Shown here: positions 9,107-18,180 of the stretch, piece by piece
Numbering within the stretch: position 1 is the stretch's first letter
Layout of the letters: each line of letters begins with the position of its first letter
Origin: an uncultured Acidimicrobiaceae bacterium
GTDB taxonomy: Bacteria > Actinomycetota > Acidimicrobiia > Acidimicrobiales > SZUA-35
Assembly: GCA_964648795.1 (NCBI GenBank)
Contig: CAZYMB010000001.1
Location: 62,920 to 126,919, forward strand
DNA length: 64,000 nt
Direction of reading: 5' to 3'
Translations under genes and position numbers: made by a program
The notes under the pieces: model-generated
The model's database searches: none
Told to the model about the DNA's origin: nothing
What the model saw: the letters and a program-made list of their open reading frames with translations, nothing else

Positions 9107-11652
9107 TTTTCGCTCAGCATTACAGCGTTATTGATGAGACCTAGGTGAGAATAGGCCTGCGGCACATTGCCAAGAGCCATATCTGTTTTCGGCTCATACT
9201 CTTCGGCCAATAGACCGGTAGCCCCAATTAAAGTTTGGTAGTCGTCGAAGAGTTCTTTGGCATCGCTGGTTCGCCCAGTCAGATAGAGAGATTCGATCAA
9301 CCAGGTAGTCATAATGTTAAAGCCACCCTCTTCTCCGGGTAGACCGTCGTCTTCTATATATCTATAAACGGTCTTGCCATTTCGAAGTTCTGCTTCGACT
9401 GCTTCGACTGTGGCCATAAACTTGGGATCTTTAGGATCTAGCAGTCCATACATGCCGATTGATAGAACAGAAGCATCTAAGTCTGCCGAACCATAGGCGG
9501 CCGTAAAGCTGTTTCGCTCAGGGTTCCAGCCCTGTTCTAGAACTTCGTTAGCAATAGTGTCTCGAAGATCTTCCCAGCCTTCTGGACATTCATCGGTGAA
9601 GGTGGATGCTAATTTGACGCCTCTATCGAGTGTTACCCAACACATGACCTTGGTGTAGACATGAGGCCTTGGCGGTTTTCTGATTTCCCAGATGCCATGA
9701 TCTGGTTCTTGCCAACGGCGCTCAACAGCGGTAACCATTGCCTTTGTTAGGTCCCAGTGTTGTGCGGAGAGTGGTTCTCCAGCCTCAGCCAAGAGGTAGA
9801 GCAGATCAACGATAGGACCAAAGACATCTAGCTGGACTTGGCCGTCTGCAGCATTACCGATTCGTACCGGACGAGAGCCACCATAACCAGGCATCTCAGT
9901 AAGCTCGGCTTCTGGTGGTAAGTGTCGGCCAGTCACGTTATATAGAGGAGAGAGTCTTTCTGGATCATCTCTTGTTTCCAGCAGTGCTAGAACCCAATCT
10001 AGGTATTGCATCGCTTCACCATGTGCACCAAGACGAACCAAAGACGCTGCAGTTAGTGCAGCATCACGTAGCCAGCAGTAGCGATAGTCCCAGTTGCGGA
10101 TACCTCCAAGAGTTTCGGGCAAGCTGGTCGTAGCTGCAGCCAAGATTGCGCCTGTTGGGCGATGGCATAGAGCTTTTAGAATTGTGGCGGACCGCTTTAC
10201 AGCTTGTGACTCAAGCCCCGGAAGAGTCAAGTTGGAAGCCCACTTATTCCAATATTCTTTAGTTTCGCTAAGACGTTCGTCAGGCCCACATGAAGCTGGC
10301 TTTAAGCTTGCATTGCCATGACGCAGTTCGATGAATGCTGGCTCACCAGCGGTTAGCTCTATAGTTCCGATGGCGCTGTGGCTTCCGTTAGTGTCAATCT
10401 CCCAGTTAACGCCGGGTGCTCGGAGTGCGATTAGTTCGTTGGTGCCTCGCACGATAATGCCGTCATCTTTGACTTCTAGGCTTGTGTGAGTTCTAGCAAA
10501 GTTAAGCCGGGGTGAAAATTCAATTCTGGCTGTTCCATTACCTTCGAGTTTTCGCACCAGGTCGGTTCGTCCGGCTACTCGTTTGTAGCGACCCTTAGAG
10601 ACATCCATAAAGTCTGTGAGCTTAAAGTTGGGGAACGTTGTTTCTAGCACAAGAGAATCTTCCAAGTAAGTTTGGCTTGTTGGCTCGCCTGTTGGGTCAA
10701 TGACTGCAAAGTATCCGGCGTTAGGTCCACCCACAAGTTCGGCAAAGATAGATGCGGAGTCAATTCTTGGAGCGCAGAGCCAAGTTACGCGAGCATCTGG
10801 GGAGACAATGGCTGCTGTTCTTTGGTCAGAGAGGATTGAGTGGTCTTGTATAGGGACTAGTCCTGCACCACGGAGCCATTCGCAGCGAGCTTCGTTAAGA
10901 ATGGCTAGTACTTGCGCTACTTCAGATGAGTCTTTGATGCGGAAGTTTGCAGCGGTATCGCCGTCACCAACCTTGATAGACAAGTCTGGGCCGGACATTG
11001 TTTTGAAGGCTGCTTCGTCTGTGGTGTCGTCGCCCAGATAGATGACAGCACTTGCACTAACCTGGCTTCGAAGCAAGTTTAAGGCGTCACCTTTGTTGCG
11101 GTCTTGAACGGATAACTCCATTACCGACTTGCCATTCATCTGATGGACTCCCGAAACCTTTGCAGGTCCAGCTGCCATCTCGTCTAGCGCTGGCTGTTTT
11201 TTGTCTTCGGCAAGTTCACGAACGTGGAAGGCTACGCCAGCAGGTTTCGGCTCGATTCTTGCGCCGTACTTTTCGGCTATCTCGCGAGTCTGAGAAAGAA
11301 TGTCATCTAATGTGGCTTGTTGTTGAGGAGTTAATGTCTGGGCAAAACCTGCGTCAAACTCAGAACCGTGAGAGCCCACAAGTCTGATTTCTTCGGGGAG
11401 CCTAGATAACGTTGCCAGGTCACGTAAAGAACGGCCAGATACAAGGGCCACATAAGTATTGTTGAGCTCTGCCATACTTCTAAGCGCCGAGCTTGATTCT
11501 CGTAGCGGTTTGGCATCCATTGGGTTATCGACAATGGGAGCAAGCGTCCCATCAAAGTCACTAACCACCAGGAGGTTAGGAACTGTTGCTAGCGCTGTAA
11601 TGGCAGTATGGAGTTCGCTGGACTTATCGGCAGGGGTATCGGTTATAGACAT
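9103..11652 (-). CDS. Fusion protein: HAD-type trehalose-phosphate phosphatase (N-terminal) plus glycoside hydrolase family 15 domain (C-terminal, glucoamylase/trehalase-like)
   Basis: 849 aa. HAD/OtsB motifs: VVSDFDGTLAPIV, VSGRS, YLGDDTTDEAAF. GH15-type motifs: NWDYRYCWLRDAA and an (alpha/alpha)6-like C-terminal half ending in AEEYEP...GNVPQAYSHLGLI. Confidence 0.8.
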   Translation of the reverse strand: MSITDTPADKSSELHTAITALATVPNLLVVSDFDGTLAPIVDNPMDAKPLRESSSALRSMAELNNTYVALVSGRSLRDLATLSRLPEEIRLVGSHGSEFDAGFAQTLTPQQQATLDDILSQTREIAEKYGARIEPKPAGVAFHVRELAEDKKQPALDEMAAGPAKVSGVHQMNGKSVMELSVQDRNKGDALNLLRSQVSASAVIYLGDDTTDEAAFKTMSGPDLSIKVGDGDTAANFRIKDSSEVAQVLAILNEARCEWLRGAGLVPIQDHSILSDQRTAAIVSPDARVTWLCAPRIDSASIFAELVGGPNAGYFAVIDPTGEPTSQTYLEDSLVLETTFPNFKLTDFMDVSKGRYKRVAGRTDLVRKLEGNGTARIEFSPRLNFARTHTSLEVKDDGIIVRGTNELIALRAPGVNWEIDTNGSHSAIGTIELTAGEPAFIELRHGNASLKPASCGPDERLSETKEYWNKWASNLTLPGLESQAVKRSATILKALCHRPTGAILAAATTSLPETLGGIRNWDYRYCWLRDAALTAASLVRLGAHGEAMQYLDWVLALLETRDDPERLSPLYNVTGRHLPPEAELTEMPGYGGSRPVRIGNAADGQVQLDVFGPIVDLLYLLAEAGEPLSAQHWDLTKAMVTAVERRWQEPDHGIWEIRKPPRPHVYTKVMCWVTLDRGVKLASTFTDECPEGWEDLRDTIANEVLEQGWNPERNSFTAAYGSADLDASVLSIGMYGLLDPKDPKFMATVEAVEAELRNGKTVYRYIEDDGLPGEEGGFNIMTTWLIESLYLTGRTSDAKELFDDYQTLIGATGLLAEEYEPKTDMALGNVPQAYSHLGLINNAVMLSEN

Positions 11653-11725
11653 GCAGCCAAGATTCTATAGCGCTACGTTGCGCCAGGCCTGGCATGTCTT
11701 GGGTTTAAATCACTAGTTAGCTCAG

Positions 11726-12943
11726 TTAACGCGATTGAGCAGTCCAGCGAGGTACACGCTGAGTGACTTCGGAAGTGAATTGGCCGGCGGATGCTGGATA
11801 TCTTTTGGCATTCTCGATCGCAGGCCCTTCAAATGAGGGAGCTTCTACCCAGGCAATTGGGCCACGGTGGAAGCGGACCTTGGGATCCAATTTTGCACTT
11901 GTAAGAAACGATGCAAGCCAAGTCGCTGAGACGTCTAATAATGATTGTGATGTCGAGTTCATATAGACCCTTGAGCCGCCAGTGCAAACGACTGTTTGGA
12001 CGTGACCCATGCCCCGAACCTTGATCGTACTAGCTTGGCTAGCTCGAAGGATTTTGGCACAAAGGTCATTGGTACTCAGTTGCGCAGCGCCCTTGACCAC
12101 AAGATTATTCTCTCCTATGCCTCTAACGCTCGTGTGGCCGGCTGTGTAAACTTTTGAACGGCCGCTTAGAATCGCTTTAAGTTCAATAGCTAGTTCATCT
12201 TCGAATACTGCGTTTGCTGATTTTGCTGCGATAAGTTGTTTCGCCGTAACCTGGGATGAGAATCGGCTTACACTTTGATCGCTAACTCTGAGGGTGCCTT
12301 CAGTGCAAGTTCTGCCGGCAACTTTGGTCCTTCCAAGTAGGGTAAGTCTCTGCTCTCGTTCAGGGTCCGGGTCATGGTCGGTGCGAAGGTCACCTAAGAC
12401 TTCTAGCTGTCCCTTTCGAGTGGTGGACAGAACTGGAGAATTTACAGAGCTGATCACCGTTAATTCAGAGTTGACTGTTAGCTCGTCGCTTACAACGTGT
12501 CCATTTACAAACATCGGTGTATTTATCTCAGGCTTTGAACCACTAATGTGTGCCGCTCCATCGACTATGATGAGGCCATTGTCTAATGGCATGAGATCTG
12601 TATTGATATCAACTAAAGGTTGAACAAGCCTGCTCTTATCGGCATGGAGCGGGCTATAAGCGTTGGGACTCAGTAAAAGGATTTGGTCAGACCTGAGTCC
12701 CTCTGTCCTTAAGGTGGGGTACTGGTTGATAGCCTCCTCAAGGCTTTGAAAGGGGAGAATCCTCACTCTGCCTGGGAGATATTTCAGCCAGGCGCGTTGA
12801 GTTGGGTCGGCAAGGATTCTGGCCGAGACAGCTAGTTCTCCGCTGAAGATAATGAGGTCTTCTTCATCTAGTTTGATCGTGGATCCACCGATTTGGTATT
12901 CGCCGTTGCTGTTTAGCCTATTTAGATCGTGTTTTGCCGCCAT
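11726..12943 (-). CDS. Hypothetical protein, beta-strand-rich with repetitive V/T/S-alternating segments
   Basis: 405-aa uninterrupted ORF. No motif I can assign. No signal peptide or TM segment is evident. Confidence 0.55.
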   Translation of the reverse strand: MAAKHDLNRLNSNGEYQIGGSTIKLDEEDLIIFSGELAVSARILADPTQRAWLKYLPGRVRILPFQSLEEAINQYPTLRTEGLRSDQILLLSPNAYSPLHADKSRLVQPLVDINTDLMPLDNGLIIVDGAAHISGSKPEINTPMFVNGHVVSDELTVNSELTVISSVNSPVLSTTRKGQLEVLGDLRTDHDPDPEREQRLTLLGRTKVAGRTCTEGTLRVSDQSVSRFSSQVTAKQLIAAKSANAVFEDELAIELKAILSGRSKVYTAGHTSVRGIGENNLVVKGAAQLSTNDLCAKILRASQASTIKVRGMGHVQTVVCTGGSRVYMNSTSQSLLDVSATWLASFLTSAKLDPKVRFHRGPIAWVEAPSFEGPAIENAKRYPASAGQFTSEVTQRVPRWTAQSR

Positions 12944-13038
12944 TATTGTCCTTTTCCGCCCACTAGACTCTACAAGCGAAGCTAGGTCTATTGCACAAAT
13001 AGGTTAGATAGGGCCGATGTTTAGCCTGCTAAATCAAG

Positions 13039-13677
13039 TTGTACACTAGATATATGGCACCGGCGGCAAAAATAGGCACTCATATTGACGCATCTGTTGA
13101 GTTCTTGCGTGCAATTGGCGTGTGCCCGGACAAAACTAACTTCGTAGCTGACTGCAATGAAGCAGCCCTCAATATCCCGACAGAACTTGATTATGAGACT
13201 GACACTCCCGAGCTCGATCAGGTAATGCGTATCGAAAACCGGTTGGTGAAACGTTACGTCGATTACCGGGTCGATGCAATAGAGAAAAAGCGCGAAGCCT
13301 CCAAGGACTCTAAGTTTGCACAGTTGACAATGAGTGACCGAATAGCTGACTGTTGTTATCAGCGGGCGATTCGAATGTTGTTTGCTTTGCCAGAGAAACC
13401 AAATCGAATTATCTTTGATCGCTTCGAGCGCGAGCCGCAAGGCCTTGCCACTTTCGTTGAGCTAGACAAATACATGAAGGGTGTGGCTGGCTACGACGAC
13501 TTGTCGGCTGCAATCGATTCACCAGCTTGGCCAATTATCAAGGCGTGTTTGGATCAACTAGGTTTCAAACCTTCTTGGGGTCGTAACCCACAAAAACCTT
13601 GGGAAGGCGGCGGTAGATCTGCGGCCGAAAGTACTACTACAGCCAATACCAGAGCCGGGGGCTCAAAAAGGGCCTAA
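13039..13677 (+). CDS. Hypothetical protein with Gly/Arg-rich C-terminal tail
   Basis: 212-aa ORF, divergent from the 405-aa gene. I recognise no family. The overlapping minus-strand ORF 13021-13440 is judged spurious. Confidence 0.5.
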   Translation: MYTRYMAPAAKIGTHIDASVEFLRAIGVCPDKTNFVADCNEAALNIPTELDYETDTPELDQVMRIENRLVKRYVDYRVDAIEKKREASKDSKFAQLTMSDRIADCCYQRAIRMLFALPEKPNRIIFDRFEREPQGLATFVELDKYMKGVAGYDDLSAAIDSPAWPIIKACLDQLGFKPSWGRNPQKPWEGGGRSAAESTTTANTRAGGSKRA

Positions 13678-13728
13678 ATAATACTGAATTAGGGGAATAA
13701 GGTAGGTAAGTAGAAGGTTAACAGCGCT

Positions 13729-14025
13729 ATGGAACTGAAGTTTACAGAGGGCGCAATAGACAAGGTAAAGGCCAAAGGCGGCCAAGTCGTTGTTGATTTT
13801 ATTGCTCCCGTCGGTTGCGGTAAGGTCTCAGAAGTCTCTGTTTCAACCAATCTTGATGGCAGAAACATCTCTACTTATAAGCGAATGGAACAAGACGGAG
13901 TGACCGTCTATGTGGCAAAAGATCTCAATCGTTATGTGAGAGAACTAGATCTTGTCTTGGTGAAGGGTCTGGTTGGTTCAAAGCTGGCGGCTAGAACACC
14001 TTCTGTTTACGGGACTACCTGTTAA
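13729..14025 (+). CDS. Small hypothetical protein (98 aa) with a VGCGK motif and a C-terminal Cys
   Basis: ORF with a GGTAGGTAAGTAGAAGG purine-rich region upstream. The N-terminus MELKFTEGAIDKVKAKGGQVVVDF resembles the openings of small HesB-like or CC-motif proteins, but I cannot confirm this. Confidence 0.45.
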   Translation: MELKFTEGAIDKVKAKGGQVVVDFIAPVGCGKVSEVSVSTNLDGRNISTYKRMEQDGVTVYVAKDLNRYVRELDLVLVKGLVGSKLAARTPSVYGTTC

Positions 14026-14080
14026 ATCCCTAGGTCCCATGGCACATGTTTAATTCTGGTGTCTTTGTGCTGTAAAGATT

Positions 14081-15208
14081 TTGGCGCACTACGCCGAATC
14101 TAATATGGTGACAAATCAAATATCATTGATTCCTAAGTCACGCTTCGGGGCACTACTTTCATCAAAAAGGCGTAACTCGGGGCTTGACTTTCAACAGTTG
14201 GCCATTGACTCTCTAGGTCGTTTTACGGTTCGTGAACTCCAAGAAATTGAACGAGGCCGCTTCCAGCTAGACGATGATGCAGCCTTGCGTGTGGCGGAGC
14301 TTTATGGACTTTCCGCCGGCAACCTAGTGCCTGATCGTAAGGAGTTGGTAGTGGACTATGACAACCAGTTCATTGACACATCCGGAGACACCATGGCGCT
14401 AGGAGACGTCCAATCAATGGATGTCTTAGTGCGTTACCTTTCTTTGGTCTACAAGATGCGCAGAGTAGAGCCAGGCACGCCCTTGATGTTTAGATCTAAC
14501 GACATTGATACGTTGTCTTCAGTTCTTGAGATCTCGAGTGAAGTTATTGCTAAAGCTTTAGAAGGGCTCATTGCATCGCATGCTCCACAACTTCATCGAA
14601 TGGCCGCTGAAGTAGATAGCCAACTGGTCGTTCCAGGCGCAGGTGTGTTGGTGGCGCCGTTAGCAGCAGGCTCTCTAGTTCTTGTTGGGTCCACATACTC
14701 AAGCCGCTGGCCGCAGCCCGCATCGACTGAAGAGGTCAGTGAGTATACTGTATGTTCATCTGATGCGTCTCTAGAAAAGATTGGTGAACAAGCTGAGGCA
14801 CTCATTAGTTATAGATGGAGAAGTCTCCTTCCTGACTGGACTGTTTGTTATCAGCCAGAAGGTTTCGATGCTGGAGCCGAGACAGATTTAGACAATAGGC
14901 AAATGACGATCTATGTAAACCCAGAGTCGAGCGCTGCGGAAGTTTCTGCCGCACTGGCACATGAGATAGCACATGCTATTGATATGACTTACTTAGATGA
15001 CGATGACCGCTTTAGGTGGATTGAAGCACGAGGACTACCAGCTGTATGGTGGCCGGGGGATGGCCTAACTGACTATTGCGTCGGGTCCGGAGACTTTGCT
15101 GAAGCACTGTCAGCTATGTGGGTTGGTTCGCCATCGTATTCATCGTTCGGAGAGTTCTCAGAACGACAACTAGACATTGCTCAGGAACTTGTACAAAGTT
15201 GTCGTTAG
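14081..15208 (+). CDS. Fused XRE-type helix-turn-helix and HExxH metallopeptidase-like protein
   Basis: 375 aa from the TTG start in the track; an ATG alternative lies at 14105. N-terminal HTH-like segment: LLSSKRRNSGLDFQQLAIDS...VRELQEIERGR. C-terminal Zn-peptidase motif: ALAHEIAHAIDMTY. Confidence 0.6.
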   Translation: MAHYAESNMVTNQISLIPKSRFGALLSSKRRNSGLDFQQLAIDSLGRFTVRELQEIERGRFQLDDDAALRVAELYGLSAGNLVPDRKELVVDYDNQFIDTSGDTMALGDVQSMDVLVRYLSLVYKMRRVEPGTPLMFRSNDIDTLSSVLEISSEVIAKALEGLIASHAPQLHRMAAEVDSQLVVPGAGVLVAPLAAGSLVLVGSTYSSRWPQPASTEEVSEYTVCSSDASLEKIGEQAEALISYRWRSLLPDWTVCYQPEGFDAGAETDLDNRQMTIYVNPESSAAEVSAALAHEIAHAIDMTYLDDDDRFRWIEARGLPAVWWPGDGLTDYCVGSGDFAEALSAMWVGSPSYSSFGEFSERQLDIAQELVQSCR

Positions 15209-15219
15209 GCTAAGGCCTA

Positions 15220-16092
15220 ATGATTATTCACGTAGTTGATGGAACTTATGAGTTGTTTCGCCACTACTATGCTGTACCGCCACGCCAGAATTCAGATGGC
15301 CAAGAGATTGCTGCAACTACAGGCGTGCTTCGACACTTGCTAAATATTGTGGCCGATGGTGCCACCCATATCGGCATTGCCGTTGACACAGTCGTTGAAT
15401 CTTTCCGGAATGAGCTCTACCCACTGTACAAGAACGGCGAGGGCATGGACCCTGACATTAAGTCACAGTTTCCGATCCTCGAAGAAGGTATTGAAACTCT
15501 AGGAATGAAGCTTTGCCGAATGGTCAACTACGAAGCAGACGACGGAATGGCTTCTATGGCCAAAGTTGCGGCAGCTGACCCCGACGTTGAACGAGTCATG
15601 TTAAACACCCCAGACAAAGACTTAGCTCAGTGTGTTGTGCGTGGCAGAGTCTTACAAGTTGATCGCCGTAACAACAAGGTCTTAGACCACGACGATGTGA
15701 TTGAAAAGCACGGAGTACCTCCAGAATCAATCCCAGACTATTTAGCTCTAACTGGCGACACAGCCGATGGCTTTCCAGGGCTCAAAGGTTGGGGTAAGAA
15801 ATCTGCAAGCACGGTCTTGGCTCGCTATGGCACGATCGATAAAATCCCACTACACGCTGGTCAATGGGACGTTACTGTGAGAAGCTCGACTAGGTTGGCC
15901 GAGACATTGGCTGAGAACATGGAAGATGCAAAGCTCTTCAAGAAGCTAGCAACCTTAGTTGCTGACACGCCAACGATAGATTCAGTTTCTGAACTTGAGT
16001 GGCAAGGACCTACTAAAGACTTTGAAGCCTTCTGTACTTTCTTGGGTAGTAAGAGTCTTTACGAACGTGCTCAAGACGTAGCACCTAAGTAA
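15220..16092 (+). CDS. 5'-3' exonuclease / flap endonuclease (Pol I N-terminal-domain family)
   Basis: 290 aa. PIN-like N-terminus (IHVVDGTYELFRHYY, YEADD) and an H3TH motif (LALTGDTADGFPGLKGWGKKSAS). Confidence 0.85.
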   Translation: MIIHVVDGTYELFRHYYAVPPRQNSDGQEIAATTGVLRHLLNIVADGATHIGIAVDTVVESFRNELYPLYKNGEGMDPDIKSQFPILEEGIETLGMKLCRMVNYEADDGMASMAKVAAADPDVERVMLNTPDKDLAQCVVRGRVLQVDRRNNKVLDHDDVIEKHGVPPESIPDYLALTGDTADGFPGLKGWGKKSASTVLARYGTIDKIPLHAGQWDVTVRSSTRLAETLAENMEDAKLFKKLATLVADTPTIDSVSELEWQGPTKDFEAFCTFLGSKSLYERAQDVAPK

Positions 16093-16094
16093 AG

Positions 16095-17102
16095 TTAGTC
16101 AGCTTGAGGTTTTTTCTTGCGGCTTGGTTGAACTCTGGGAGCTTCATGGGGTTGCTTTGGGTATTGAGGTGGCCAAGGCTCGTCGAAGCCCCCGTCAGCA
16201 ATATGTGAATCAAATTCGGCTATCAGATCGTGAATAGAAGATTTTGGTAGGTGTCCCCAAGGGTCGCCGTTTGTGAATAGTCGGTCCGGAACACTATGAA
16301 TAGTCAAGTCTTCTGGGGAGACATCGTCTAGTTCCTCCCATGTAAATGGAGCTGATACTTTGACGCCAGGTACTGGTCTAACATTCCAAGCACCAAAGAC
16401 AGTTTTATGAGGAGCGTTCTGATTAAAATCGATGAAGACTTTCCCGTCTCGTTCTTCTTTCCACCATCTTGCTGTCAGAACATCACCATGTCGATTTTCT
16501 AAATTGCGTGCAATAGTTACCGCTGCTGCTCGGACTTGAGTAGGGGCCCACTTGGATTCTAAGTTGATATAGATATGCACTCCAGAATTGCCAGAGGACT
16601 TAATGCCTGAGTCTAAACCAATTTCGTCCAAGTACTGCTTTGTCAACTTTGATGCTGCCACAATGTCAGAGAAATCCTGTCCAGGTGAAGGGTCGAGATC
16701 TATTCTTAGTTGATCGGCAATGTCTGTGTTACTAGCTTTTACTGGCCAGACGTGGAAACCAATACAGCCAATGCTTACTGCCCAAACAATGTGAGCTAAG
16801 TCGGCTATGACTAGAGATTGCGACTCAGTACCATTGACGGTTGAAACTGTTGTAGTAGTTAGCCAGTCGGGAGCTGTGTCGGGAATTCGCTTCTGGAAGA
16901 AGTTGGATTCGGTAACGCCTCTAGGAAATCTTTGGAGTAGCACCGGTCGATTAATGAGTTGAGCCATTAGCGCATCCTCGATATCGAGATAGTACTCGAT
17001 TACATCCATCTTGGTCTCGCCGGTAGGGAAGTAGATGCGGTCTGGGTTACTGATTGACAAGGTTCTTCCGGCTACTTCGATTTCAGCAGAAGAACCGGAC
17101 AC
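16095..17102 (-). CDS. AEP-family primase-polymerase (LigD polymerase-domain-like, stand-alone)
   Basis: 335 aa. Motifs: LSISNPDRIYFP, LQRFPRG, SSGNSGVHIYI, FIDFNQN. Starts immediately after the stop of the ligase gene. Confidence 0.85.
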   Translation of the reverse strand: MSGSSAEIEVAGRTLSISNPDRIYFPTGETKMDVIEYYLDIEDALMAQLINRPVLLQRFPRGVTESNFFQKRIPDTAPDWLTTTTVSTVNGTESQSLVIADLAHIVWAVSIGCIGFHVWPVKASNTDIADQLRIDLDPSPGQDFSDIVAASKLTKQYLDEIGLDSGIKSSGNSGVHIYINLESKWAPTQVRAAAVTIARNLENRHGDVLTARWWKEERDGKVFIDFNQNAPHKTVFGAWNVRPVPGVKVSAPFTWEELDDVSPEDLTIHSVPDRLFTNGDPWGHLPKSSIHDLIAEFDSHIADGGFDEPWPPQYPKQPHEAPRVQPSRKKKPQAD

Positions 17103-18170
17103 CTATTGGCCTGCTTTCAAAACTGTTGCCGCCGGTTCTGGGGTTGGTTCTTGGAACTGATCAACCTTGCAGTCAGCTGGCTCTTTATCGGTGCGCCAAC
17201 GAAGCATGCGTGTTACTTCTCTAAAACGTCCACCAAGAGTAGAACCATATTTGACCTCAACAACAAGCTCCGGACGTAGCGGAACCCACGATGAGTCTCT
17301 AACTCCAGCCCACCGATGTTGTACGCCCGGCATAGACCCTGTATTCACATTGGCTTCTGCCCAGCCTTGCCAAGGGTGATCTTCCAGAGCATTTTTGGTA
17401 TACGGCTTGAGTTCTTCTACTAGCTCGGTGCGGCGTTTGACTGTGAAGCTTGATGCGACTCCGACGTGACGAAGCTCGTCGCCATCGTAAATTCCAAGAA
17501 CTAGCGAGCCAACACCTTTGCCATCTTTGTGCCACCTAAATCCAGCTACAACGGCATCAGCTATGCGGACATGCTTGAGTTTGAATTGACTTCTCTTGTT
17601 CTCGACGTACGGGTCATCTTGAGGCTTCATGATTAGGCCATCCAAACCCGCACCCTCGAAGCGTTCGAACCAATCCATAGCAATTTCGGTATCTGTCGTA
17701 GTAGGTGTGAGATGGATTGGTGGCTCACAGTCGTGGAGCACACCTTCTAAGATTTCTCGTCGGCGACTAAACGGTTGGCCGCGTAGATCGAGATCGTCCA
17801 TACACAATATGTCGAAGCCAACAAAACTGGCCGGGGTTTCCTTGCTTAGCCTCTCAACCCTGGACTCAGCTGGGTGGATGCGTTGCTGTAACATTTCGAA
17901 CTTGAGCTTGTCTTCGTGAATCAAGATGAGTTCACCATCGATGACACACTTTTCTGGGAGCTGCGACAGAAAAGGGTCGATCAGTTCTGGGAAGTACCGA
18001 GTCAACGGCTTTTCATTGCGGCTACCCAAGAACACTTCGTCGCCATCTTTAAAGACGATGCAGCGAAAACCATCCCACTTAGGTTCAAACGATAGGTCAT
18101 CTCTTTTAGGGATTTCTGGCAGCGCCTTGGCAAGCATCGGCTTGACGGGAGGCGTAACTGCTAGATCCAT
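17103..18170 (-). CDS. ATP-dependent DNA ligase (stand-alone, LigC-like size)
   Basis: Adenylation motif I is FEPKWDGFRC. Also GSRNEKPLTRYFPEL, DGELI, GLDGLIMK and LKHVR, with an OB domain following. I moved the start to the internal ATG at 18170 (MDLAVTPPVKPMLAKA...), which removes a 50-nt overlap with the upstream ORF. The track start is 18230. Confidence 0.85.
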   Translation of the reverse strand: MDLAVTPPVKPMLAKALPEIPKRDDLSFEPKWDGFRCIVFKDGDEVFLGSRNEKPLTRYFPELIDPFLSQLPEKCVIDGELILIHEDKLKFEMLQQRIHPAESRVERLSKETPASFVGFDILCMDDLDLRGQPFSRRREILEGVLHDCEPPIHLTPTTTDTEIAMDWFERFEGAGLDGLIMKPQDDPYVENKRSQFKLKHVRIADAVVAGFRWHKDGKGVGSLVLGIYDGDELRHVGVASSFTVKRRTELVEELKPYTKNALEDHPWQGWAEANVNTGSMPGVQHRWAGVRDSSWVPLRPELVVEVKYGSTLGGRFREVTRMLRWRTDKEPADCKVDQFQEPTPEPAATVLKAGQ

Positions 18171-18180
18171 GTCTACAAGT

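Noticed and set aside
13021-13440. 139-aa minus-strand ORF overlapping the 212-aa gene
   Set aside because: It overlaps the longer plus-strand ORF almost completely. Its sequence is Cys/His/Phe-rich and lacks a plausible start context, so I judged it a shadow ORF.
13729-14025. Possible selenoprotein reading of the 98-aa Cys-containing ORF
   Set aside because: There is no in-frame TGA within or extending the ORF, and I noticed no hairpin downstream of a candidate UGA.
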